Source: Kudoa neothunni (Eukaryota; Animalia; Cnidaria). From it: a stretch of 64,000 nt of DNA. The stretch is taken from NCBI GenBank assembly GCA_964304625.1, contig OZ199839.1, forward strand, positions 3,648,724 to 3,712,723, read 5' to 3'. A program made the position numbers and the translations under genes. Positions within the stretch are counted from its first letter, which is position 1. Each line of letters starts with the position of its first letter. Shown here piece after piece: positions 40,134 through 52,690 of the stretch. The notes below the pieces were generated by a model. It made no database searches. It saw only the letters and a list, made by a program, of their open reading frames with translations, and was not told the DNA's origin.

Positions 40134-42472
40134 TACGTTAATTTATTATGTAAAAATAAATAAATCTGTTTTTCCTTTGATATAGTAAATATGTGAATAA
40201 TATACATTGGATATTGAATAATATTTTATTATAAATTTTTTCACCTATTTTATGTATTCATTATTCTTTATGTGTTTTAGTATATTAAAATTTATTCTAT
40301 TGTTAATTTTAAGTCAGTATTATTTAACTCAAACATTTTTACGCAAAACCCTGATATTTTATATGTTTATGAATAGTCATTTATGTCATTTATTGAATAA
40401 ATTTCTGTATAGAAGAAAAAAAATATTTTTATTTAAAATATTAAATTATCTGAAAAGTCAAATGAATATTCTAATAAAAAAATTAGAAAAAGCTGGTAAC
40501 TTTGTATTTACATATATCAAGAAAAACCAAGTACAATTTAATCTATCTACCAATTTTCCTTTTATCCTAAAAATACAGTATTGATAAGCGTGAGTTTACC
40601 TATTCACTTATACAAAGGTGAATTGTTGAATAGATTCGATCTGTATTGGTTACTCATTAGAATGACAGATCAACTGTGACACTTTAAAGTGTATGAATGA
40701 TTTGATTTTATATCAATAAGTCTAATATCACCCAAAATTTAAGGAAGGAAAAAGGCTTTCAGCGTAGGTATTTAATCGCCTTATATTTAATTTAATGATT
40801 TTATCACATCTTTTAATTATAAGATAGATGTAATATAAACTATATTTTGTAGAATCAAGTATGACACTAACTTACTTCGCCGAAAGACAGCACAACACAT
40901 TAAGGAATCCAAAACAAACAAGCTTATATCAAACATTTTAATTTAGAACAAGAAGTTTTAAGAAATTGTTATTCTATTAATTTATATTTTCTTTAATTCA
41001 AAATTTTATAATGATTTTCCTATCGATATTTGTCAATGGAAAAATTTTAAAAGTCTATATCTCTTTCAATATGAACTCTATCTATAAATTATATGAATTA
41101 CTTTTTCTTTTTTAAATAAAGCTAAATTTATTTTCAGGTTTGTAACTTTAATATGCTAATTAATTGCACATTCAAAAATATTCACGTTTTCGTAGATGCA
41201 TGATGATAGCTAATGGGAATTGAGATGTGATGGGACTAGCTTCTCTATAGTTGATTGGAATCCACGTTCAATTAATGCGAACTTATAATTAATTTACGTA
41301 AAAATTAACCATAAACAGAAAGATAAAATCAATAATATAACAAACTTAAACTCGTATGCATAACGTATTTTCGTTTGATTATTTAGATTATAAAAAAACA
41401 ATTATTTATTGACAAAAATTAAGAAACAATTAAATTTTCATAGTTTGAAAATTAAAGAAGCTTCGACAGACTGATTTAGAGTTTTTAAAATTTAAAAATA
41501 CTATGTTAGGACCAAATTCAGATGGAGTAATTATGATATTATAATCTCAGACAATACTGAAGAAAATTGTTTGATAAATTAGATCATCTATTGCAGGCGA
41601 TGATCTATTTTCATAAATCTGATAACTATTCTAACGTTGTTACATCATTTGTATTATCAGAAAAAATTGCCAAACATTCTCTAATATGAACATATGTAAA
41701 TCATAAAAGATGTCAATCGCCAGTGAACTCCGCCTTACGTTTCCTTTTCAAGAAGGAACAATTTTTGATATCATAAAGTTATTCTTATGAAATCATATAT
41801 TCATCTAGTTATTTTTATGAAACGACTTAAACTAAGGAAATATTAGAAATGCAACTAAGTTTCTATGAAATAAAAAGATAATTTCGCTTGAATAACAAAA
41901 TATAATTGTGGTACTTACAGGATGATTTATTGTTCCGTATTAAAAAATTTATAACCAAAGACCCTCTTAACTCTAAACTCAAGTCTATTTTTTTAATGTT
42001 TTCGGAGTAATATGTCTTATTAATGCCTATACATTCAAATTAATAAAGTTTGTTTTTTGCCTCCTTGTTAATTAATTTCTTATATTTCTAAATATCCTCA
42101 AAAAATAATATTTATTATTTAATAATTGATATAAAATAACAAATATAAAGGGGGATTCTTTTGACATGAGAAATTAAAACATAAATGCATATTCGGATAT
42201 TCCGAAATCATGAGTTGTTATTTCTGGGGTAAAAAAAAGTAGTTCAATATGTCACGTCGCAGTGTAATACATACTTTCTTAATTGTACTGAAAATATAAT
42301 TTATTATTAAATCGTATCAACTAAGCATTTGTATATCAAGAGAGTTTTTACTAAAAAAGTTGTATCCTACATTTATCTTATTTATAGTATTAGTGTCTAA
42401 TTTTTAAAATAATTATGAGTACCTATTAACGTGATGTCGAAGAATTAATAATACTGTATGTTATTCATTGAA

Positions 42473-42479
42473 TATAAAT
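42473..42479 (+). promoter_or_regulatory. Candidate TATA box of Kunitz gene B
   Basis: Same conserved upstream block as copy A. Confidence 0.4.
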
Positions 42480-42562
42480 ACTAATCGGTCTATTAATTAT
42501 TCACCGAGGGTTTCCTATTAAATAACATCAACTTACATAATATTTATCGCGTTTACCTAAAT

Positions 42563-44036
42563 ATGCGTTTTTTTCTAACATTGTTTGCAATCTGTATCAA
42601 CAGTTTTAGCATTAAAGCAGGTGTTAATTTTCCAATTATTCTATTTAATATTGTTTTAGAACCTACTCTCAACTCATATGCTAAAGATTTTGGAGAGTTT
42701 AAAGAGGGGGAAGGCATAAACAACGAACTCACAAGATGGTTTATCAATACCGAAACAAATGAATGTGAAACTTTCCAATACAGAGGAACCAAAGGCAACT
42801 TTAACAATTTTCGAACAAAGATAGAATGCCAAAGACACTGTAAAATTTTTTTGTTTAAAATAATTTAATTGAATTATTTTAGTCGAAAATCCTGTTGCTG
42901 ACAAAATTGAGGGTTGCAAAGACACTGCTGAGTCTGTAGGTCTATGCAATACTCTTAAGGATAGCACGTTAGAACAAACCAAATGGACATGGGATCGAAC
43001 TTCTGGCACCTGTAAATCTTTTAAATACTCTGGTTGTGGAGGAAGTAAAAACAGGTATGATTCCGAAGAAGAATGCGAAGCATTTTGTTACAGTAATTCT
43101 GTATGAAGTCAAAATAATTACATAAAAATTGATGCCTTTAAGATGATGATACAAATTATGGGAATCCGGTAAATACTGTAAATTTAGTTGAAACAAAAAA
43201 AAACGAATACAAAATACCTAATTATCATGACTGCCATTTAAAACCAGATTTACAGACAGAGAAAGCGGAAATCAAAGCAATTGCATTAATTGATACAAGA
43301 CAATGTGTGTATGCAGCGGCAGGATCAAAGGTGGAGAACAAAAAGATCAGAGGAGCATTCGATAATATTAATGATTGCATAAAGAAATGCTTTCGTAATT
43401 GATTTATATACTAAATAAATAATACATTAAATAGCTTTTGAACATGATCCTGAAGAAACAAACGAAATAAATAGAATGAAACAAAAAATACCAGCATGTA
43501 GTAGAGTTCAACCAGATCAATATGACAAACCAACAGAAGGTTCCCCTAAACCGGAAATTCGATTTTACTACGACCACAGCAACAAAGGCTGTACACGATT
43601 TGAGAGTTGGCCGGGTGCGTTCGACGATACTAAAAATAATTTCCCTTCAGCCGAAATATGCGAAAGTTATTGTGGATGGGGTAGAATATAATGTTTTGTT
43701 AAATTTAATGTTAATGAAATAGAAAAACCGAGAGAAACTAATCCCATTGAAAGAGAGCCAGTTTGTTTTTTACCAAAAGCTGGAGAATTTAGTGCATCTG
43801 ATAACATTAATGGAAACCTCAACGTTAAAAGATGGTATTTTGACAGTTCAGAAGAAAATTTCAAATGCACTTCGTTTATGTTTGGCGGTCTTAATGGAAA
43901 TAGCAATAATTTTAAATCTGAAGAAGCTTGCAAGAACATTTGTTGGAGGAACATGGATGTTGATGAAGCAACTTTCGCCGCTCAAGATGATCATTCTAGT
44001 GTTCAAGACGATAAACAACCATCGCAAGGTCAATGA
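42563..44036 (+). CDS. Secreted protein with five Kunitz/BPTI-like domains (copy B, tandem paralogue)
   Basis: Same exon structure as copy A. The spliced frame is intact to TGA 44034-44036, with high sequence identity outside D2 and the linkers. Confidence 0.92.
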
Positions 44037-45213
44037 AAAAGTTATTTTCTAAATTTCAATTCAATTAGTGATAGTTCGACGATAGAATGAACAACTAAAT
44101 TGGTGCATTTTTTAAGAGTCATTTTTATAAAAGAATTGAAAAATTTTGTGACCAAAATTTTGTTATAGAAATTAATATGATATAAAATGATCACTGTTTT
44201 TTTGCGATATAAATAATTAAAACGACAGATTCTACAGAAATAATACGAAATAATTCGTGATTAGTCAGAGCACTTTAAACCATGATGGATTTAACATAAA
44301 ATGAATGTATAAATATTTAAGTTATATCATAATATCAAAATCAATTGGATTTTCTAGCTATAAATTTTAGTGAACGAGTGCATGAATAATGTTTCCCAAC
44401 CAAGATCATGAATACTAAGCGTCGTGCGTTATTATTATTAATAGTTGTTTAAAATGTACATGAAAGCAAGGTTTAATCTTTTTACACGTAAATTAATTTT
44501 TAAGATATAAAATTTTAGAATTTAAAAATTATTATTAACTTTTCAAATTAAAAATTAAAATAACTGTAGTTTGATAATTTTCAACGCCGTTACACTACTA
44601 TTATAAGGAATTGATAAATATTATGTTGATTATCCTAGCAAAAATTTATTACTGGCAGATCTTGTAATATAAATAAATCCCTTTTATAAACATAGGAAAT
44701 ATTAACCGAGGATTTACTAAGTAATCGCAAGTCAACGTGGGAACCTAAATAGAATAAAATTTACTAAAATTATTAAGGTATCAATAAATTGATAAATAGT
44801 TTTTATTTAACAATATCGAATAAGACTACTGTTATGAATAGATTATAAATGCTCTCTGATTGAGTAATATAACAAGTGATGTGAATTGTAGAATAAACCA
44901 CCATAGTAGCTTCTTTATCGATACTTATGTGGATAAAACGTAATTTCTCTGCATATTGGACCATTACTGTGATAATTACTCTGTCGGCGATTGGCTGGAA
45001 AAGTCACAACCAAGTAAATAAATGCCAACAACTTTATTTTTTCGATTCTCTAAAAATAAATCGATAAAAATTTGTTGAAGACACCTCATCTAACCTATGT
45101 CATACATTACATTATTTAGTAGTGCATTATTGGGTTATCCTTAACTTGATCGAAACCACTTTATATTGTATGACTAGATGATTACCGTGACGCATTGATG
45201 GAGTTATATTTAA

Positions 45214-46158
45214 CCTTCTAAGTAGCTGAAAAATTTACACCCTCCAAATAATAATGGGGTAGAAATTTACCCCACTTTTATATTTAATAGAACGGTCTCA
45301 AATAAAATTCAGCATTGACTGACAAAATATGAGGAAAATTCATAGAGTAAATTTTGAATGAATGATTAATCGTTAAAGTTATATTCAGTGTACACATGTG
45401 CGAATATTAATATTGTTACATTTTAATGGAGTATGATTGTATTTATAGGTGTATTTCCACGGTTTTTTAGTTTTAACATTTAATTCAAGTTTTACAACAG
45501 CTGCCAATTAATTCATCGTATATTAAACAACGCAGCGTAAAACCGCACAGAAAAACACAAAATGATGGAAACCAGTGCTTATTTCACAAAAAAGTCATCA
45601 TGTATGTTTTTAAACTCTTTCTAAAATACAAAACTTGTCAAAATGTTGAACAATTATATCATATATTTTTTAATTACCTCTACAATACGAAACTAAGAAT
45701 ATTGATTAACAATGTTCACATATGTTTTAGGATGCTCTCTACAATGTAGAAATAAGAAAACTGATGAAAATTCATTGTATTTTGAATAACTGGTATAAAA
45801 ATAATGAGAGAATGAGGAGCTATCATTGTGTTCTGGAGAGAACCATATGCTTATATCGATGTTGCGCGTGCGGACTGGCATCGCGTGTATAATGTTTTGT
45901 TATTTAATCGATAGAATTTCCATAAATTTTAAAAAATCACATGTATCAATATTTTAATGAATTTTGTTTGGAAGGTGTTTTTACGATAACTTTTTTGATA
46001 TATTTGATATATGAAAAAAATTCAATTCATTTTTCTGAAAGCTTTCATAAAAATAAAAGATTACAAAAAGTGGAGGGGAGTTATGTTCCACTTATACATT
46101 ACAACATCGTTGGAAAAGTTCACTCGGGGTAGAAATCAATCCCATTTTATTTAGAAGA
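45214..46158. mobile_element. piggyBac-type MITE
   Basis: TTAA|ccttctaagta ... tatttagaaga|TTAA, with subterminal ggggtagaaat repeats at both ends. Confidence 0.65.
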
Positions 46159-48123
46159 TTAAAACCACGTAAACTACAGCAATATTTTTTAAATTCTATA
46201 TTCTATGAATAAAAATTCAGAACTAAATATTTGAGAATGTCATGAATAATAAAAATTTAATTATTTACATGATTTTTAAATATATGAAATTATGAATAAG
46301 AACTTATCCAATTAATTGAGCTAAAAGGGTCATTTATATAAAATGAAACAATTAGCTGATTTTTTATTATAGTACCAACAATATTAATAAAAATTAATGG
46401 CGAGGGCTGACACTGTCTTGTTATCATAAAATTAACTGCAAGTCGCATATTGCACAATATATTACTTTTTACGGAGTTTATTTAATCACTTTACCGTTCA
46501 CTAACTTTTCTTGTTCTTTTTGTAATAACGGTGTTGCAAGGCTTACTTTACAAGCTCCCTTTAAAGTTTTCATTAAACAAAAATTGAGTATCATAACTGA
46601 AACTATTTCGCTTATCTTTATTCATATTATTGGTTTAGAAAATTATAAATTTAAACTAATACAAAAGCAGGAAAATTGGATCAAAGTGAAGTCAGGTGTA
46701 AATTTTAAACTCATTTCATTATCCTAGCTCTACCGCATGTCTTAAAAAACGAGGGTCAATATACCAGAAATTTACAAGTAGATAGAAATTTGTGAAATAT
46801 TTTTTCCTCAAATAATAACGTCACAATTTTATTGACTATAAATATCGTAGTGCTAGTAAGATCAAGAGTAGCTAACATTGGACAACTTACGTTTCTAGTT
46901 AATAATTCGACCCAAATAAAAGTTATGGAATAGGTAAACAATTAAAATTAAGTAAAAAATATATAAAATTAAAATAATTACAATGTTATTATTACCACAG
47001 AGAAAAGAGGTTTACGTGGGATTTCGCGTCAAAAAACCGCTAGGTTCCCATATATAGAAACCAAATATGGCGCCTGTCTTAAATTATACCAACACCTCTA
47101 AAACTTATGGTTAAGTATATAAAATTTAAGAAACATATTATTTTATAAATTATTCATTAAAAAGATGAAAAAATCGGATTTTTTTATAATTGTCATAACG
47201 CACGTAGAAAAATGAAGCGAGATTTTTTAAACAGGTGATAAAAAATCGAAATAGCCTCTTGTTCACGAATCTATTTAATCAGATTAGATAAATTTTTTTA
47301 ATTAAAAAAATATAGCCTTACACTGTCTCTCAACAGATTAGAAATCATTATCGATATTAAGGAATAGACTTCTGTTACGAAAGTAAACCAGCAAATACAC
47401 ATTCTTCGATATTGATCCTCCATTTATCAGACCAACTTTGTTACTAGTTTCTGCAATTCAAAAATCCAAGAATAATTTAACAAATGAAACTCTAGACTGT
47501 GTATAAAGGTTGAACTTGCAATATAAAATGTTTAGGAGACATGTCAACTAAGCGAATTCTTTGGTTAATCCTTAATAAGGTAGTGACCAATATCACATCT
47601 TTAAAAATTAAACAGAATATTTTCATGTGATTTTATTATTTAAATATTGCATCTCATTGGTTAATATATGATTATAATATTAATTTTAATGCAATTGAAC
47701 AATAGCTGTTTGATAACAGAATCAATGGAGTTGGTTCTTGGAGTAAAACTGCACCAAACAACAGGACCAATAATTTTTATGATATTGATTGTGTTTACGT
47801 TAATTATATGTTTTGTAAACTAAATAAATATTTATGTAAGTGAAATGGGCGCAAAAAATTTTAACTTTTTAATTAGCTTATAAATAGTAAAAAGGGCTCA
47901 ATTATATATTTTTGTGTCATATTTCTTATTTGTTCCAGCCAGTGTCGGAAGAATAAATTTTTTTCTGATAAACTGCACAATATAGATTCCTTTCGAAAAA
48001 TATAAAGTGGTTTAATTCATCTTATAATATAAAAATAATACCGTTAAAGAATTGCTAAAACTATTAGTGATTTAGTAAGTGATATTCCGAATCATTGAGT
48101 GAATCCGCCACTAATACCCAGGA

Positions 48124-50166
48124 ATGAGCAGAAGGATGTCACAGCGAGAGAACAATTCAAAAAACTGCAACCACAACAAAAGCAAGCCGCCAGCAAATAT
48201 CAAACAGTCAAATCTAAGCAACAAAGCGAAGCCCAAAGAATTAAGGAGACTAACATTTGCTAGCGACGTGGTTGATTTCGATGGTCCCCGTAACAGAAGA
48301 AATCAGCCTAATTCGAATACTGTTCCGGGTATTTATTAAATTGAGTATGTGGGATGAGTGTGTGTCTAGTTTGTAATCCGCTATTGTGATTGTTTAGACG
48401 GTGAGTGTCTTATCAGTAAACTTAATAGTGAAATTGTACTACACTCCCCGATATCAATCACATTAGGGAATAACTGTTGTTGTTATCAGTTGTTTGGTCA
48501 GAAATGATCAACTGCGGACTCGAAATGTTGTTCGTAGCGGAAAATGTAACGGCTCACTTTTAGGCAAAAGAGGGGCAACCAATCGTGCGAAGGAGTCTTA
48601 CTCAAGTCTGATTATGCGAGCAATCAACAGCACTAACAATAAAATGATGACACTTGGTGAAATATACGATTGGTTCTTGGCAAATGCCAGTCATTACGGT
48701 TTACATTGTGATCCTAATTCGAAAGGTTGGAGAAATTCTATCAGACACAATCTTTCGTTGCAGAGAAAGTTTCGTCGAATTCCTCCCGTTCGACCTAACA
48801 GAGCAGCCCACTGGAAAGTTGTTAATGTTCCCACTCTTTGTCCTAATAAGTTTTTCGAGAAATACTTTAAGCTTTTTCCTGAGATTTTTAATGTTTTGGT
48901 CAGCTTTTATAACCAAAACACATTTCAATATAATAATGGTATTGGCGGTAAAAGCAGTTGTGTAATGTTCGCGAACGAGCTGTTAACGCTGTATTCCTAT
49001 TTCATCTCAATGTATGAATCCCAACTAAGAAGCGATATATCGCAACAAACAACCTTAAATGTTGGTGATCAGTTCGCAAAGAACTTTCCTTTTTTGAAAA
49101 ATGCTCTAACTTATTGCCGACCTAAAAACTCTGAAGGTCTTCCAAAGCAGGAGACTAATGGGCCAGGTAGACAAATGCGTGCTCCGCATAAAAGGAAGAT
49201 TACCGAGGTCCACAACACCGCGAATAGTTCGCAATCAAGTTTGAGAAACGCTACGAATGTTGTAGAGAATGGTAACGATAAGGGTGTTGAACTTCAACAA
49301 GACCGTACTGAATTTGACCAAGGAACCACTTTTAGTGGAAGCACACAAGAAGTCCCGAGAAACGAGACTTCGGCTCCTAGCAGCCCAAGGTCGCAGCTCC
49401 AAAATCAAATCAGTCATGGAGACAAAACTCGAGTGAGTAACATTGTTCAACCTCTTTGTGCCAATTGTTCTTGTCATTTTCAACAATCCGATTGTCCATC
49501 TCGCAATAGCACAATGAATCCAAATGGTGGTATGACCATTCTACAACCACAGCAAAATTTTGCGCCGATTCAAAACAGTCCCTACAACAATAATGTAGGC
49601 CCTTCAAGTAATTTCGTCTCTGCTACTTTGCAAGATGAAGGTATCAGCATTGGTGAAGAGACTGGACAGATTAATCAACCTCAAATAACAACACATAGCC
49701 AGAATCCACGGTTTCTTCCTGCTTCCGGATTACCCCAAAGCTCGAATCGTACTTCTTTGCCTCCTCCCATGCAATATGTCAATACACAATCTGGGTTTTC
49801 TGCCACCAATAATCCAATAATTTTAAACCAAACAGAAACTTCTTCCAACATTACGAATGCTGGTGTAGTCGAGGGAAATATTCAGAATTTTGGTCAAACT
49901 ACGAGGCCGCTTTTAATGCGTCAAAATGCTCGCGCTATGAATAGAGATATTCTGCTGACCTCTTATGGTATTTCATCTAATTTGATAAATCTACTCTAGT
50001 TTTTATAGGTGGTAATGGGCAAGCAGTAACCTTCGTTGATAGTCTTGGCTTTGTACACTGTCCCAGATTCCCTATACTACGAAGTGATATGTGGCCTGAT
50101 GGTAGTTATTTCAGCAATAACGACAGAACCAGCAACTCTGGCACGTATCCTAGCCGGGGTCCATAA
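48124..50166 (+). CDS. Forkhead transcription factor, FoxO-like (divergent)
   Basis: SYSSLIMRAINSTNNKMMTLGEIYDW...DPNSKGWRNSIRHNLSLQRKF; the DPNS insert before GWRNSIRHNLSL resembles the FoxO GDSNS insert. Q/N/S-rich C-terminus and a last exon ending at TAA 50166. The junction to the 48124 exon is unresolved. Confidence 0.85.
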
Positions 50167-50575
50167 ATGATAGACTCACAACCTATTTGATCCATTTTTG
50201 ATGATCTTTCCTCTTACTATCACTAAGATAGTCTATTATGTTTTACAGTCGTTTACCACAATGGGTGTATTTTTATGCGTGTTAGTATAAAAATAATTTA
50301 AAGCCCATTGTAGGGATGCGTGCAATTCTAGTTTACGCCTAAGTTAATGTAGAGGGTTGCTGTAGCTTATCTTCCTACTTTGGTCGGGATAAAATCGAAC
50401 AAAGGATGTTTTGACAGTTCTCTGATAATTATACGAGATTGGGTAGTCATAGAGCGTTTATATGGTAGTTTGCTATGTACAGAACTTGGAGATTCAACCT
50501 AGGTTCTAGCTTTTATTCAGTAGGTGCCCTAAAACTTAGCACTTTATTATTAGGATCGGTTAGAATAAAAAAATA

Positions 50576-52690
50576 ATGTTTTCTATAGCAATAATATATT
50601 TATTTCTTTTGAGTAAAATCTACATTATTGAGCTGAATAATGTTTAGTTAAGGCCATGAGGTGGGTCTAAACGTGATTGAGTTTTCTGCTGATATTAAGA
50701 CTGATGGATTAGAAGGAGTGATATTATTTATAAAGAAAAATGAAAGGGAACCAGCTATCATTAAAGCCAATCTTCACGGAAGGCAACTACCACCAAAAGG
50801 TCTAAAATGGGAAATACGAAAAACCCCAACCCTCCATTTTTATGGAACCAATAATGGCTATTGTAACCAAGCGGTCGTGAATAGTGAATTATACATTGAT
50901 TTTACTTCTACCAATGATCTACTACGTTCAAGAGGAGTCTATGTCAATGAAAAAATAGTGATCGACTATAGTAATAAGTCTATTTTGGGTCATTCTGTAG
51001 TATTGAAGGATGGCGACTATCTTGTAGCTTGCGCTACTATTCTTCCTGCCAACCAAAAGCACGAAGACGTTGTTGTATATAGATCCCGTTTCAATCAGAT
51101 GATTGGGGGCGAAATATACTTTATTAAAGTCAACATAACAACCATTGCGTTGGGATATGTGTATGGAATAGACAGCGATCTATTTGGAACAAGTTTGGAC
51201 TGGAAATTGGTCTATTCAGACAATTCCAAAGTGGTTGGCTCTGAGAGCTACATGGCCACAGATAAAAATCGCACATGTTCCTCAAGCAGTACATCAAGCT
51301 GCTTTATTGGAGAGTTGGGAGCATTATCTGAATTGTTGATTTCGAAGAGAGCTGACAATGGTTGGGCCTCTATGCACCATTTTAGACATGTGTTCCCATA
51401 TTTGGATCTTCCTGCGCTAACGGCGAGAGCATTGGCTATAAAATTGGAACCAAAACTAAAAAATTCCTCACTAAATATTCTATACCCATTATTTCCGTTA
51501 CAAAAAGTAAATTAATTTACAATTTATTTGGATAGGTGATTTGATTCTAAGATTGAACAATCGCAATTCCAACCTCAACTCTATGAAAATGAAAACGATT
51601 CAATCATTCCTCTTGAAACTGTGAATGTCAAATTCTTGCAACCTTCTCCTTACCATACTACTGTGCTACTTGCTAAAATAGATATTAACTCACATTTCCT
51701 AAATGAGACCACAAAATACCCATCGTTTACAATCTACAATGCAGGATCCATCACTGGAAACTGTAAAACCATTGAGGAACGAACTGATTTCTCAAATAGT
51801 TATCCTCCTTATGTTCTGCTAGAAGAAAGTGAGCTCAGTAATTGAATATTGGAATTATTTTCTTTAGATAGTTACGAAACGTTACCACCCTTTAAAAATT
51901 TCACCGATTCCACGATGCATTTAGAATATCCAGTGCAGGTCAGTTTGTTTGGAAGCAGAAGCATACTAGAGAGTATTCTAAGGGTGGAATTCCAAAAAGA
52001 TGCTCCAGGATCAAGCAATTACACATTGAAACAAGTCATTTGTGGTCCAATTAAACCACTGAAGCATGATGGAGTCGTTCATTTGTATGCAAAATTCGGC
52101 AACGAAACAGGCATATTCGGAACTGTTGATATGGTAAACTGACGCTGTAAACGACTAATCTAAATTAAATTAGGTTCAATATTTGTTTAAAAATGAAAAA
52201 ACCGATTCTGTTATTTTTATAAATGTCAAGCATGAGTCCGGAAACAGATCATTTGGTCATATGGTACACATTCACGAATATGTGCCTGACACATCTGATC
52301 AAGGCCCCCATTGGAGGTGCTCAGTTACAGCAGGTCACTTCAATCCACTCGCCATTCCAATGGATGGGGTTAATAATTTCCGTTCAAATTCTACTATATA
52401 TTTGAAACTTTTAGGAGTACAAAAAACTGTGCAATGAAATTACCGCTTTCAGATGTCAAGTTGGTGATCTTAGCGGAAAATACGGCAACTACAACGTTGG
52501 ATATGGAGAAATGAAGATAGTCGACCCCACTCTTGACCTGCAAGGAAAACTCTCACGTAAATAAATGTCACTATATGTATGTGTTAAATTTTTACTAGCA
52601 AATGGAAGATCATTAGTAGTACATGGGCCAAATGGTGAGAAAGAATTTATTGGATGTGAAGCTATTGTCCTGAATCCATCTCAAAATTAA
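50576..52690 (+). CDS. Secreted Cu/Zn-SOD-fold repeat protein (Cu-only SOD repeat protein, CSRP-like), about 4 repeats
   Basis: Signal peptide MFSIAIIYLFLL. The last repeat has HIH, CSVTAGHFNP, CQVGDLSGKYG, GRSLVVHG and FIGC. Earlier repeats keep fold motifs (SILGHSVVL..VACATI; CFIGELG; SLFGSRSIL..VICGPI). Confidence 0.88.

Noticed and set aside
40252-40584. 110-aa ORF and similar F/I/L/K/N-rich ORFs in spacers (e.g. 24270, 37849, 54876)
   Set aside because: Composition mirrors AT-rich non-coding DNA, with no motifs or exon structure.
41581-41606. Hairpin AGATCATC-loop-GATGATCT with a nearby box C-like ATGATGA
   Set aside because: An 8-bp stem only, with no properly spaced box D or other RNA-gene features.
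47790-47832. Forkhead-like sites (TGTTTAC, GTAAAC, TAAATAAATA) upstream of the Fox gene suggesting autoregulation
   Set aside because: Such words are expected by chance at this AT content.
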